NCBI GenBank assembly: GCA_964291215.2
Contig: OZ219791.1
Span: 2,240,001-2,304,000 of the forward strand
Direction of reading: 5' to 3'
From: Alphaproteobacteria bacterium
GTDB lineage: Bacteria; Pseudomonadota; Alphaproteobacteria; MPNO01; UBA830
Length of the DNA: 64,000 bases
Part shown: positions 34,501 through 44,773 of the stretch, in pieces
Numbering within the stretch: the first letter of the stretch is position 1
Layout: every line of letters starts with the position of its first letter
Translations under genes and position numbers: made by a program
Notes under the pieces: model-generated
The model's input: the letters and a program-made list of their open reading frames with translations, nothing else
Told to the model about the DNA's origin: nothing
Database searches by the model: none

Positions 34501-36359
34501 ACGCATGCGCCGTCGCTGGCCACCATCCCGAAATCATGCATCCACGCCGTCTGTCCCTGGTTCGTGACCACCCTGTGCGGATTCTCGTCGATCACCCTGA
34601 AACCCATTTTCTCAAGAAGCGGCAGTGCATCGGAAAGCGGCAGTGCGCTGCCGCGAACGAAGACCTTGAAATGGACCCGGTCATCCGGATCTCCGGGCAG
34701 CCGCAGGAGATCGAGCGTGATCCCGCCCGTATCGAGGACAGTTTCGAACCGCGTTATATCGGCGACGGTTGCGATTGCGCCGTAGCGGTCCCTCCATGAT
34801 GCGGGAAAGCCATCACCGTAACGCTCGAACAGCGCTGCGCCGGTCTTCTCACCGTGCAGTCGCGCCAGTTCGATGGCGAGATCGTCGGACCAGGCGCGGC
34901 AGGCGTCGACGACCGCGGCCCTGATCTCTTCGATGTCCTTCGCGAAGGCGGTGCCGGGTTCTGTCCGGATCACGATGTGCATGCGCGCGTGCAGGTCATC
35001 GGAAACCTGGACATAGTTGGCGTCCACCGTGCCCCCGAACCCGGCGGCCAGCACATCCATGACGCGCCGCTGCAAACGGGTCTCGAAGCGGTCGCGGGGC
35101 AGATACACGAGGCACGAGACGTACCGGCCGAAAGAATCGCGCCGCGTGAACATGTCGACGCTCCTGTGCCCCTCGAGTCCAAGGATGCCCAGCGCGGTGT
35201 CGTTGAGTTCATTCTGGTCGAACTGGAACAACTCGTCGCGCGGCAGCGTCTCGAGGATGTGTGCGAGCGCCCTGCCGTCATGGCTGTCAAGCGATAGGCC
35301 CGAACTTGCGGCGATCCCGCGGACCTTCCGGCGGATCAGCGGGATGGAGCCTATCGGCTGGTGATAGACCACGGATGTGAACAGGCCGACGAAAAGCCGC
35401 TGGCCGATGGCCCTGCCGGCCCTGTCCGTCCTCCTGATGAGGACGGTGTCGGGACGTACGGCGCGGTGAACCCGGGAGCGCTGGTCGCCCTTGCTGACCA
35501 TGATCGGCGGAAGCGTGCTTGAGGCGGCGAGGACACTGGGCGGCAGCACCGCGTCCCGGAAACCCTCGAACACGGGCGTTGCGTCGTCGCGCAGGATTCC
35601 GAGCCCCGATCCTTTGGCGGGTGCGGCCGTGCGTTTTCTTCCGCTGCCGTCAACGGTGTATTCGCGGTAGCCGAGGAACGTGAAATTGTCGTCATCCAGC
35701 CAGCGGAGGAAATCTATCGATTCGCCAATCTCGTCCTCCGGGATTCCGCAAGAGTAGCGGCCGAGTTCGCTGGCCGCGGCCACCACCTGTTCCCGCATCG
35801 GGAGCCAGTCGTGGACGACGGACCGGACGTCCCGGAGAACCTGGCGCAGGCCGGCCAGCACCTCGCGAAGGGCGGCTTTGTCAGTATGTTCGGTGACGCG
35901 GAGATGAATGATGGAATCGCGGCGGCCGCCGCCGCTGGGCCGGGCTGCGGGACTCTTCCCCGGACCGTCGTGCGCAATGTGGGCCACGGGATGAACCTGG
36001 AGATGAACGGTGAGGCCCTGGCGATTGAGTTCAGCTGTCAGCGAGTTCAGCAGAAACGGCATGTCGTCATTGACGACTTCAATGATCGTGCCGCCGGCCT
36101 TCCACGGATGATCGGCGCGCGGGGGATTGACGGCCCTCATCCTGGCCCGGCCGCGCTTGCGGCCGCAGGCGAATTCCCAGAGCGAGGCTATCGAGTCGCC
36201 GAGCGCGGCGGGGTTGGCATCCGCCAGATCCTGCGAGGGGACATGCGCGAGAAAGCTGGCGGCAAACCGTTCGACAGCGGCAGCATCCTGAGAAAATGCG
36301 CGGCTTGCGCGGCGCACGATCCGCTGCGAAATCTCCTCGTTGTCGTTGCTGTCGGGCAT
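31542..36359 (-). CDS. Large NAD-specific glutamate dehydrogenase
   Basis: [66 protein letters not shown]; ~1600 aa. Confidence 0.95.
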   Translation of the reverse strand: [1605 protein letters not shown]

Positions 36360-36599
36360 TACCTGTATCCCTTCCGCGCTACCGTTGTCGGCCCGTGTTC
36401 TGCCGGCCGCAGCCGGGGAGCAGGTCGCGACACGCCCGGATGCCAGCATGTCGGCAGCCCTTGTCCATGCGATGCGGATTCGCTCCGACAGGATTGGCCG
36501 GCGGAGGGTGGCCCGAAGGGAACGGTGCCAGATTCGGACTGACAAGGAAAGCGCCGGCAGAAGCGGCTGTCCGTGGCCCGGACACCGATTGTCGCGCCT

Positions 36600-37571
36600 T
36601 CAGGCGAGCCGCGCAGCGAGTCTCCGCGCAAGTGCGCCGATCACGCGACGCCGGTACCACGGCTTTACGGTAGTGGTCTTCATCGGCTTGGCCTGGGTGC
36701 GCACCAGGTCGCGAATGCGGTCGAGCGCTTCCGCGTCGCATGGCGCGCCGACGAATGCACCCGTACCGGAAATGATCTTCGGCAGCGGATTGACACCGGT
36801 CAGCGCGATCTGCAAATCGGAGACCTGCCCCTGTTCGGCGGCGAGAAGCACCGCCACGCCTGCAAGCGGAAAGTCGATCGCACCTCGGATCCGGGACTTT
36901 TCGTATCCCGACCGCGCGCCGGACGCGGGGCGGGGCAGGAAGACGGAAATCAGCAGTTCGCCGTCCCCGAGCGCGAGATGATCCATGCCGTCGTCGCGGT
37001 AGAGCTCGGACAGCGGAATGGTGCGCGAACCGTCGGGACCCGCGAGTTCGGCGTTGGCCCCGTGAACCAGCATCGCCGGAGCCACATCGCCGGAAAACGC
37101 CGCAAAGCAACGCTTGCCGCCCGGCGCGACATGGCAGACGTCTCCGAGATGCTTCAGGCAGAAGTCGTTGCTCTCGCGCCACCATTGCGACTGGTTGTAG
37201 TAGATGCATCTCGTGTCGAGGCACAGGTTGCCGCCGACGGTGCCGTAGCGGCGATGGGTCGGACCGGCAACGGACGCCGCCGCCTCGGCAACGGCCTGGT
37301 AGCCGGCAGCGACCGCCGGATGCGAGGCGAGATCATCCAGCCGTACGAGGGCACCGATGCGGATGCCGCCGTCTTCCTCGTTGATCCGGCCGAGTTCTTC
37401 GATCGCGGTCAGGTCGATCAGAGCTGTCGGGTTCTCGATTCCGCGCCGCACGTTGACGACCATGTCGGTGCCGCCGGCAAGGTAGCGGGCGCCGCTGATC
37501 CCGGCCCGCAGGCGGATCGCTTCGGCGGCCGCTTCGGGGCGGTGCAGGTCGAAGGCTGGAAGATTCTCCAT
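36600..37571 (-). CDS. hcrB: 4-hydroxybenzoyl-CoA reductase beta subunit (FAD, [4Fe-4S])
   Basis: AGGTD, TVGGNLCLDTRC..YNQS.WWR...CLK..CHV..RC Cys-rich insertion typical of HcrB. Confidence 0.88.
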   Translation of the reverse strand: MENLPAFDLHRPEAAAEAIRLRAGISGARYLAGGTDMVVNVRRGIENPTALIDLTAIEELGRINEEDGGIRIGALVRLDDLASHPAVAAGYQAVAEAAASVAGPTHRRYGTVGGNLCLDTRCIYYNQSQWWRESNDFCLKHLGDVCHVAPGGKRCFAAFSGDVAPAMLVHGANAELAGPDGSRTIPLSELYRDDGMDHLALGDGELLISVFLPRPASGARSGYEKSRIRGAIDFPLAGVAVLLAAEQGQVSDLQIALTGVNPLPKIISGTGAFVGAPCDAEALDRIRDLVRTQAKPMKTTTVKPWYRRRVIGALARRLAARLA

Positions 37572-37575
37572 GGCG

Positions 37576-39897
37576 CTAGCGGCTCGTCCGCCCGGGGCGG
37601 GAGGCGTCGTCGAGGAGTTGAAGCAGGCGGTCCGGCGTCACCGGAAGCTCGTGGGGCCGAACGCTCATCGCGTCGGCAACGGCGCTGGTCAGGGCGGGAA
37701 GGAAACCGGCCAGAGACGCCTCGCCGGCTTCCTTCGCGCCGAACGGGCCATGCGGATCCGGCGCTTCCACGATATGGGTCTCGATGGGCGGGGATTCGAC
37801 GATCGTCGGTACACGGTAGTCCAGCATGTTTCCGGAGACCATGAGGCCGTTGTGATAGTGCGTTTCCTCGGTCAGCGCCTGGCCCATGCCCATCCACACC
37901 GAACCCTGTATCTGGCCTTCGACGGTCAGGGGATTGAGCGCCTTTCCGCAGTCATGGGCGACCCACACCCTGTCGACGCGGATTTCCGCGGTGTCGGGAT
38001 CCACCGTCACCTCGACCACCTGCGCGGCGTAGGAGAAGGCCATGGTGCCGCCGATGGCGGCTCCCCGGTACTTCTTGCCGCCCCAGCTTTCCGGCAGGGT
38101 GTCGAAATTGCCCTTGACGGTGATCGTGCCGGTTCCTTCAAGCGCCGCGGCGACGACCTCCTCGAAGGTCATGCCCTCGTCCTGACTGCCCGCCCGATAG
38201 ATCTCGCCGAGGCATTCCACATCCGCGGGCGCGACCTCGAGCTTGCGGGCAGCCGCTTCCGTCAGCACCGCCTTGAGGTTGTTGGCGGCCTCAATGGCCG
38301 CGTTTCCGACCATGTAGGTGACACGGGAGGAGTAGGAGCCGTTGTCCTTCGGCGTCACCCGGCTGTCCGAGGTCACGATCTTGATGCGCCCGGGATCGAC
38401 GCCGAGCACCTCGGCGACACACTGGACGAGTATCGTGCTCGACCCTTGGCCGATTTCCGAGGCGCCGGTGAGAATCACGATCGAGGCGTCGAAATCCAGT
38501 TTGACATGAACCGTCGCGTGCGGCTCACCGGTCCAGTTCACCGGCTTGGAGGCGCCGGAGACATAGTGCGAGCACGCGAGGCCGAGTCCCTTGCCCGGCG
38601 GAAGCCGTCCTTTCCGCTCCTTCCAGCCCGACTCCCGCTCGACGATGTCGAGGCATTCCGGAAGGCCGTAGGAATTGACCCAGAGCTCATTGGCGGTATG
38701 CCCCATCCTGGTGATCAGGTTGACGCGGCGCACGGCAAACGGGTCGAGTTCCAGCTTCGAGGCCATCTCGTCGAGCGCGTTCTCGAACGCGTGGCGGACA
38801 TTGACCGTTCCATGCCCGCGAAAGGCGCCGCAGGGCGGCGTGTTGGTCAGCACGCGCTTGCCGTCATAGCGGGCGTTCCGCAGGTCATAGATCGCGAACA
38901 GCATCGATCCGGAATAGAGGATTGTCACGATCCCGTAACCCGAATGTCCGCCGCCGCGCTGCACGGTACTGCAATCAACGGCGGTGACGCGGCCGTCCTT
39001 CGTCATGCCCATCCGGATGCGTACGGTCTGCTCGGGGCGGCCGCGATGGGTGATGAAGGTGTCCTCGCGGTTCGTGACGATACGGACGGTGCCGCGCGCG
39101 CGCCGGGCAAGCATCGCGGCGATCATCTCGATGTTGAGAGCCTCGGTGCGGCACCCGAAGCCGCCGCCCAGATAGGGCTTGATGACACGAATTCTCGATT
39201 TGGGCATCTTCAGGATCTTGGCGAGCATCAGGTGCACGTAGTAGGGAACCTGGGTGCTCGCGCGAACCGTGAGTTCGTCCCGCTCCGCATCGTACTCGGC
39301 AAGGGCGGCGTGGGGTTCGGTTTGAACTTGGCAGACCTCGGCGCAGAGATACTCGGTCTCGTGGATGAGGTCGGCCTCGGAGAAACCGGCGTCAACATCG
39401 CCGATCTCGTACTCGACATGGCGTTCGATATTGCCCGGCCGGTGGTCGTGGAGAGCGATCGCATCCTCGGCCAGCGCGTTTTCCGCCGAGAAATACGCCG
39501 GAAGCTCCTCGTATTCGACTCGGATCAGGTCGCAGGCCCGCTTCGCGACCTCGATCGTTTTCGCGGCCACGGCGGCAACCGGTTCACCCCGGTAGCGAAC
39601 GCGGTCGTATGCGATCGGAAGTTCGGTGCGCGCGACCGGCAGCACGCCATGGCCCTCGTCGGTCTCGGCGCCGGTGATGACCGCGACGACGCCGGGCAGC
39701 GCTTCGGCCTCGGACGTATCGATCGACAGGATCCGCGCATGGGCGACGGCGCTCCGCTTGATAATGCCGACCAGGGCGTCGTGGCCTTGGAAGTCGCTGG
39801 TGTAGCGCGCCCGGCCGCTGATCTTCTCCGGCCCGTCGACCATCGGCATGGGCACACCGATGGAAGCCACGGGGGCGGAGGGCATGCCGCCTTCCAT
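37576..39897 (-). CDS. hcrA: 4-hydroxybenzoyl-CoA reductase alpha subunit (molybdopterin)
   Basis: Xanthine oxidase-family large subunit: [41 protein letters not shown]. Confidence 0.88.
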   Translation of the reverse strand: MEGGMPSAPVASIGVPMPMVDGPEKISGRARYTSDFQGHDALVGIIKRSAVAHARILSIDTSEAEALPGVVAVITGAETDEGHGVLPVARTELPIAYDRVRYRGEPVAAVAAKTIEVAKRACDLIRVEYEELPAYFSAENALAEDAIALHDHRPGNIERHVEYEIGDVDAGFSEADLIHETEYLCAEVCQVQTEPHAALAEYDAERDELTVRASTQVPYYVHLMLAKILKMPKSRIRVIKPYLGGGFGCRTEALNIEMIAAMLARRARGTVRIVTNREDTFITHRGRPEQTVRIRMGMTKDGRVTAVDCSTVQRGGGHSGYGIVTILYSGSMLFAIYDLRNARYDGKRVLTNTPPCGAFRGHGTVNVRHAFENALDEMASKLELDPFAVRRVNLITRMGHTANELWVNSYGLPECLDIVERESGWKERKGRLPPGKGLGLACSHYVSGASKPVNWTGEPHATVHVKLDFDASIVILTGASEIGQGSSTILVQCVAEVLGVDPGRIKIVTSDSRVTPKDNGSYSSRVTYMVGNAAIEAANNLKAVLTEAAARKLEVAPADVECLGEIYRAGSQDEGMTFEEVVAAALEGTGTITVKGNFDTLPESWGGKKYRGAAIGGTMAFSYAAQVVEVTVDPDTAEIRVDRVWVAHDCGKALNPLTVEGQIQGSVWMGMGQALTEETHYHNGLMVSGNMLDYRVPTIVESPPIETHIVEAPDPHGPFGAKEAGEASLAGFLPALTSAVADAMSVRPHELPVTPDRLLQLLDDASRPGRTSR

Positions 39898-40382
39898 CAC
39901 GCAGCCTCGGAGGGGGAGTTGAGGGCCACCGCCGCCATTTGGACGGCCTCGATGATCTTCACGTAGCCGGTGCAGCGGCAGATGTTGGACGCCATCTCGG
40001 TGCGGATGGTGGCCTCGTCGGGGTCCGGATTGCGGCGCAGTAGCCCCTCGGCCGCCATCACCATGCCCGGTGTGCAGTAGCCGCACTGGGCGCCGAGTTT
40101 TTCGTGGAAGCCGCGCTGGATGGCGTTGAGCCGGCCGCCCTCGGCCAGGCTTTCGATGGTCTCGATCTCCTTGCCTTGGCAGCTGCCCGCCAGAGTCAGG
40201 CACGAATGCTGCGGCGCACCGTCGACGAGTACGGTGCACAGTCCGCACTCGCCGCCGTCGCAGCCGATTTTGGTTCCGGTCAGTCCGAGTCTCTCGCGCA
40301 GGTAGTCGACGAGCAGCAGGTTGCCGGAGACCGCGTCGTCACGCGGGCGGCCGTTGACGGTAAGTGACAGCAGGGTTTTCAT
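39897..40382 (-). CDS. hcrC: 4-hydroxybenzoyl-CoA reductase gamma subunit (2x[2Fe-2S])
   Basis: [30 protein letters not shown]. Confidence 0.88.
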   Translation of the reverse strand: MKTLLSLTVNGRPRDDAVSGNLLLVDYLRERLGLTGTKIGCDGGECGLCTVLVDGAPQHSCLTLAGSCQGKEIETIESLAEGGRLNAIQRGFHEKLGAQCGYCTPGMVMAAEGLLRRNPDPDEATIRTEMASNICRCTGYVKIIEAVQMAAVALNSPSEAA

Positions 40383-40458
40383 GGGTTTGCTCGCTGCGGG
40401 CAAGGTCGATGCCTAGGATCGCGCCCCAAGATTCCAAGTCGATCCGATGCCGACGATA

Positions 40459-40487
40459 ATAATGAAGCAAAAGTCCTCCCGCTTCAA
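40459..40487 (-). promoter_or_regulatory. Possible sigma70-type promoter for hcrCAB
   Basis: TTGAAG-N17-CATTAT about 77 bp upstream of hcrC. Confidence 0.35.
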
Positions 40488-40686
40488 GACCGCGAAACGA
40501 CAGCAACAGGCCGCAAAGCGGGCAGGCGGGTGCGTATGGCGAGCCCATGCCGACATGGATGCGCGATCCCGCGGCAGGAGAGTTCGACGAGCCATCGAGC
40601 CCCCGAGGTGCGGCGTCGCCCGGTCACGGGTTCACCGCCTGCCGTCGCCAGAATCTTGCGTGGGGTCGCTGGAACGCTCCTCCACA

Positions 40687-41198
40687 GGGTGAGAGTTTCG
40701 TATGGCACAGTTGCAGGCTCAGTACCATTTGTTCATCTCATGCGGCCAGTGCCGGGGTGTGATTTGGGCTGATGTTGTCGTTGGCCGGTGCGTCGTCTGC
40801 ACCGATCATGGCCGTCCACGCGCTCTCGAAGCGGCCGGATTCGAGCAGGGCGCGGAAGGTGATTGTCCGTCGACGATGCGCCAGCGCATTCCAGAGCGTT
40901 TCATGCGCTGTGTGACGAGGGTCGCCGCCTCGACAATTCCCGAGCCGGTTGCTTCAGCGCGTGGTAGCGCATGCGGTGGCGATGCTTGCGAAAGAAGGAC
41001 AGTTCCCTGTCGATGTCGGCCCGTTGGCGCCGCGAAGGTGGCGCAGCGCCCGGATCACCCTGTCGATGCCGCGGGGGTCGTGACAAAATCCTGTCCTGAA
41101 ACGGGCGATTGTCACGAAAACCCGTTTTCGCCGCTGTCTCGCGACCGCACAACCGTGTTAAATCAATGACTTGGATTCGTCATACGAGAACTGCACCC
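40687..41198 (-). mobile_element. Internally deleted ISKra4-like element (~510 bp)
   Basis: IRs gggtgagagtttcgtatg / gggtgcagttctcgtatg; 8-bp TSD cctccaca (40679-40686, 41199-41206); RMRY, GSGIVEAA, LVTQRMKRSGMRW. Confidence 0.78.
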
Positions 41199-41346
41199 CC
41201 TCCACATGAGGGATGAATGCCGTGCGTCTCGCAAGAGCGGTCGCTGCATGAAGATACACGATCAAACGCAGACGCTGCCGGACAAACCCGGTCGTCCGAA
41301 GGACTGACGCAAACGGATTGAGGCTTGGCCCGTTGTCCTCCCTTGA

Positions 41347-41676
41347 TCAGGTTGCCGTGGTGGTCGTCAGGCGCAGCCCGACGGCGCCGATCGCGATCAG
41401 CGCGATGAAGACGAGCTGAACGGCCCCGAGTTGTTCACGGAAGACCACGAACCCGATCAGCGTCACCGCCAGGATGCCAATGCCCGCCCACAAGGCGTAT
41501 GCGACGCCGACCGGGATCACCTTGAGCGCCGGGGCGAATGCCCAGAAGCAGCATATGTAGCAGAGGATCGAGAGCGCTCCCCAGTGCCACTTCTCGAAGC
41601 CGTCCGACAACTTGAGGAGAACTGTGCCAACCACCTCCAGCGCGATGGCGACCGTCAGGAACATCCAGGCGCTCAT
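41347..41676 (-). CDS. SMR family efflux transporter (QacE/EmrE-like)
   Basis: 109 aa, AIALEV (conserved Glu), KLSDGF, IPVGVAYALWAGIG. Confidence 0.92.
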   Translation of the reverse strand: MSAWMFLTVAIALEVVGTVLLKLSDGFEKWHWGALSILCYICCFWAFAPALKVIPVGVAYALWAGIGILAVTLIGFVVFREQLGAVQLVFIALIAIGAVGLRLTTTTAT

Positions 41677-41788
41677 CACTTCGGACCTCTGGTCGGTTGT
41701 AGGAATCGAGTCGGTGTGTGAATGCGTTGCTGCCAAGCCGGACAACCGGCTGTGCAGGGATGCCCCGTTCGGCCCTTGACGGACCCGG

Positions 41789-41817
41789 TGTATATCGGGG
41801 GGTGGCGAGGGCGTCAA
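41789..41817 (-). promoter_or_regulatory. Sigma70-type promoter upstream of the SMR gene
   Basis: TTGACG-N17-TATACA. Confidence 0.45.
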
Positions 41818-41980
41818 GGAGTCGGCAGGGAAGGCGGGCGTGGCCGAGGATCCTTCCCACCATCGGCAGGCTCCTTCCTCCTTGTCCATCACCGCCTTCA
41901 AGGCGAGTGCGTGCCCAGCGTGAACCGCCTCGTGTCCGGGCGGGCGGACCGGCAGCTTGCAAAGATTTCCCGATGCGGGC

Positions 41981-43180
41981 TCAAATCGCCTTGTTGACTG
42001 GTTCCAGCCCGAGTTCCACGCGCCCGAACTCGGCGCCGTTGATATCGAAATTGACCTGCACCTGCCCGGCCGCCGCGTGCATGTCGCGAAAGCGGCGCTG
42101 GAACGGGTTGGAGAGGAAGTTCCCGGCGGCGCCGATCGCCGATTGCAGGATTTGGATCGCCTTCACACAGTTCGTCGCTGCATAGGCGCCATCGCGGCGC
42201 CAGCGCACCTTCTCCCCGATCGTCGGCACGCGTCCGGATTCGGCGATCCGTTCGGCCTCGCGGATATTGTCATGGGCGAGCACCCGCGCCGCATGGATCA
42301 GGGCGCCGGACTCGGCGACCCTCATTTGTATCTGAGTGTGTTCGGCGAGCCGCGAGGCATTGTAGGTCGAAAGCCGATCGCGGATCTGGCCGACATAGTC
42401 GTCATACGCGCCCTGCGCGATTCCGATCATCGGGCCGACGAGGATGTGCGGAAACAGCCCCAGAACCGGCAGCTGGTAGAGAAGTCCCGGAACATGCGGC
42501 GTGCCCGGCGTCGGCCCGCCCGTGGTCTGATGGGGCTCCAGGGTCATGTAGTCGGGGACGAAGATGTTGTCGCAGGCGACGTCACGGCTGCCTGAACCGA
42601 CGAGGCCGGTGACATGCCAGGTATCGACCTCCTCGAATTCGGCACGCGGCAGCACGAGCCACAGGCCGCGGCGGGGCCCGTCATCCTTGATCATGGCGCC
42701 CATCATCATCCAGTCGCTCGGATCGATGCCGCTGCAGTACGGCCACCGGCCCGACAGCTCAAACCCGCCCGTGACGCGCTTCGCAACGCCGGCCGTGGCC
42801 ACCAGCGAAGACGCCATGAGGGCGCGGGGATTGTCCTTCCAGACCGCGTCCTGCGCCTCGGCCTGCCACATCGGCAGCATCCAGTCGTGGCTGATCAGGT
42901 TGGCGAAGATCCAGGAGGTCGAGGCGCAGCCCCGGGCGATGTGATCCGAGATGTCGATGACCACGCTGTAGCTGAGCTCGAGTCCGCCATAGCGCGCCGG
43001 CTTGAGCACCGACCAGAGCTGTGTGTCCCAGAGATCCCGCACGGTGTCGGGATGGATCATGCGCGTCTTCTCGACATGGTCGGCCCGCGCGGCGAGCGCA
43101 GGCGTCAGCGCCGCGGCGCGTGCAACCGCCTCGTCCCGGTCAGGCCTTTCGACGCCGCGTTCGGCGGCAGCCAGAGTCAT
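41981..43180 (-). CDS. Two-component flavin-dependent monooxygenase, oxygenase subunit (acyl-CoA dehydrogenase fold, HsaA-like)
   Basis: PARYGG, LSGRWPYCSGID, DTWHVTGLVGSGS, PFQRRFRD. Confidence 0.85.
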   Translation of the reverse strand: MTLAAAERGVERPDRDEAVARAAALTPALAARADHVEKTRMIHPDTVRDLWDTQLWSVLKPARYGGLELSYSVVIDISDHIARGCASTSWIFANLISHDWMLPMWQAEAQDAVWKDNPRALMASSLVATAGVAKRVTGGFELSGRWPYCSGIDPSDWMMMGAMIKDDGPRRGLWLVLPRAEFEEVDTWHVTGLVGSGSRDVACDNIFVPDYMTLEPHQTTGGPTPGTPHVPGLLYQLPVLGLFPHILVGPMIGIAQGAYDDYVGQIRDRLSTYNASRLAEHTQIQMRVAESGALIHAARVLAHDNIREAERIAESGRVPTIGEKVRWRRDGAYAATNCVKAIQILQSAIGAAGNFLSNPFQRRFRDMHAAAGQVQVNFDINGAEFGRVELGLEPVNKAI

Positions 43181-43220
43181 GACGTCTGCATTGTCCGTGT
43201 GATCGTCGAGGAGGCCGCGA

Positions 43221-43658
43221 TCAGGCGGCGGCCTGTTCCTGATCCTCGCCCCAGTAGTTCAGTTCGATCATGATACCGTTCGGATCCTCGACGAAGATCT
43301 GGAACAGGTCCATGTTCGGCACCTTGCGTTCCCGATACGGATAGCCCTTGTCCTCCAGCCGTTCGCGCAGTCGGGCGGGGGCCTTGGCCCTGAAGGCGAT
43401 GTGGTCGAATGCTCCGGAGCCGTCGAGAGCCTCGGCGCTGATCTCGCCGCCGAGATATTCCATCAGGCCGGAGGGATCCTCGGGGTCCACCCCGACGAGA
43501 TGCACCACGGCGACATCGTCGACATAGAGCCAGTTGCCCGGAAAGGGAAAGTCCGGACGCTCGCCGTCGACCATGCCGAGAATATCGACATAGAAATCCC
43601 GGGTTTCCTGCAATTTCACCGTGCGAATGGAACAGTGATCAAGCGAATTGAGGCTCAT
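43221..43658 (-). CDS. VOC/glyoxalase family protein
   Basis: LDHCSI, FYVDILG, RPDFPFPGNWL, DHIAF, DPNGIMIELN. Confidence 0.88.
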   Translation of the reverse strand: MSLNSLDHCSIRTVKLQETRDFYVDILGMVDGERPDFPFPGNWLYVDDVAVVHLVGVDPEDPSGLMEYLGGEISAEALDGSGAFDHIAFRAKAPARLRERLEDKGYPYRERKVPNMDLFQIFVEDPNGIMIELNYWGEDQEQAAA

Positions 43659-44090
43659 CGGTCTTCCTCCCTGCATTCCGCCCGACCATGCCAGCATAGG
43701 CGCGTGCGTTCAAGCCCGATGTAGAGGCGGCCTAGGGCCATGAGAACCTCGTGGGCGTCGACGGCGCGCCGGATGTGCGCCATGGCGAGACGAACCGCCT
43801 CGGGCGAGAGATGGACGGTCTGCATGTCTGTCAGATCCCAGATGTTGAGGCCGCCGTTCCGTCGAATCCGTTGCCTGCCGCGTTGCGCCGGCGCAGCGCA
43901 GGGCGCCTTTCTCACAGGCAGTAGTCATGCCTCATCCTCCAGGGCCCGGGCTCGCCTGCTCGTCCGGCGAGAGCAAGCGCTTGCGCTCGATGGCGTAGTG
44001 CCCCCGGACGATGCGGATTGCGCTTTCGTTGGCCTTCGAAAACTCAACGAGGCCGGTCATGAACGGGTCGGGTCGCGGCACGTGGTCAGG

Positions 44091-44515
44091 TCATCGGCGT
44101 ACGGGGCGGCTCTTGCTTGCGCGAGCCAGTTCGAGGAAGCGGGCCTTGATGTGCACGAACAGACCCGGCGGGATGAAGCCGTGGCTGAAGGTGTCCGGCT
44201 GGCCGGACAGCGGGGACAGCCCGGCATCGGGCCATTCGTCGATGTTGTGTTCCGACATGATTGCCCACTCGGCGCGTCGTCGAGGCCGAGCGCCTGTTTC
44301 ACGCGCGCCGGGGTTTTGATGCCCACCGTATCGCCCGCGGGCGGTGTATGGGTAATCGGCAGCAGCACGACATAGCACGGCCGAACCGACGGATCGGTCG
44401 CGGCTATCAGACAGGCCGGTCGAGTCTTGCGCTGGTCGCGGCCGACGGCAGCCTCGTGCGTCCGGACGTAGTCTTAGCGGACGACGAGGCCCGGCTTCGG
44501 ATCGGGAAGCGCCAC
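44091..44515 (-). pseudogene. PemK/MazF-like toxin pseudogene
   Basis: LPDPKPGLVVR*DY...KTRPACL...LLPITHTPP...SEHNIDEWP...GFIPPGLF; in-frame TAA at 44474-44476 and a frameshift. Confidence 0.6.
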
Positions 44516-44525
44516 CGTGTCGTTG

Positions 44526-44773
44526 TTACGTCAGCAGGTTGTCGAGCGGCTTGTGCTCCGCATCCATTTTGGCGCGCTCCACCGCATCGATCACCATGTC
44601 GGCGGCGTCTTCCGTGCGATGGCTCCGCTGTACCCAAGCCAGTCATGCTGCTCCGCGGACATGAGCACGAATTCGCGGCGCCCATGCCGAGTGATCTCCA
44701 CCGGCTCGCGCTGCGCTTCGTGCTGAAACCGCCCGAACGTGCGCTGGAATTCGAGGGCGCTCACTGTGGGCAT
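44526..44773 (-). pseudogene. Phd/YefM antitoxin, frameshifted
   Basis: MPTVSALEFQRTFGRFQHEAQREPVEITRHGRREFVLMSAE; a plausible C-terminus (..AKMDAEHKPLDNLLT*) is in another frame. Confidence 0.75.

Noticed and set aside
37570-39966. Long antisense or alternate-frame ORFs (798 aa here; also 17798-19348, 29476-30894, 49089-50393)
   Set aside because: Shadow ORFs of real genes in high-GC DNA, with no motifs of their own
41677-41790. Guanidine riboswitch upstream of the SMR gene
   Set aside because: No twin ACGR hairpins or class I/III consensus recognised
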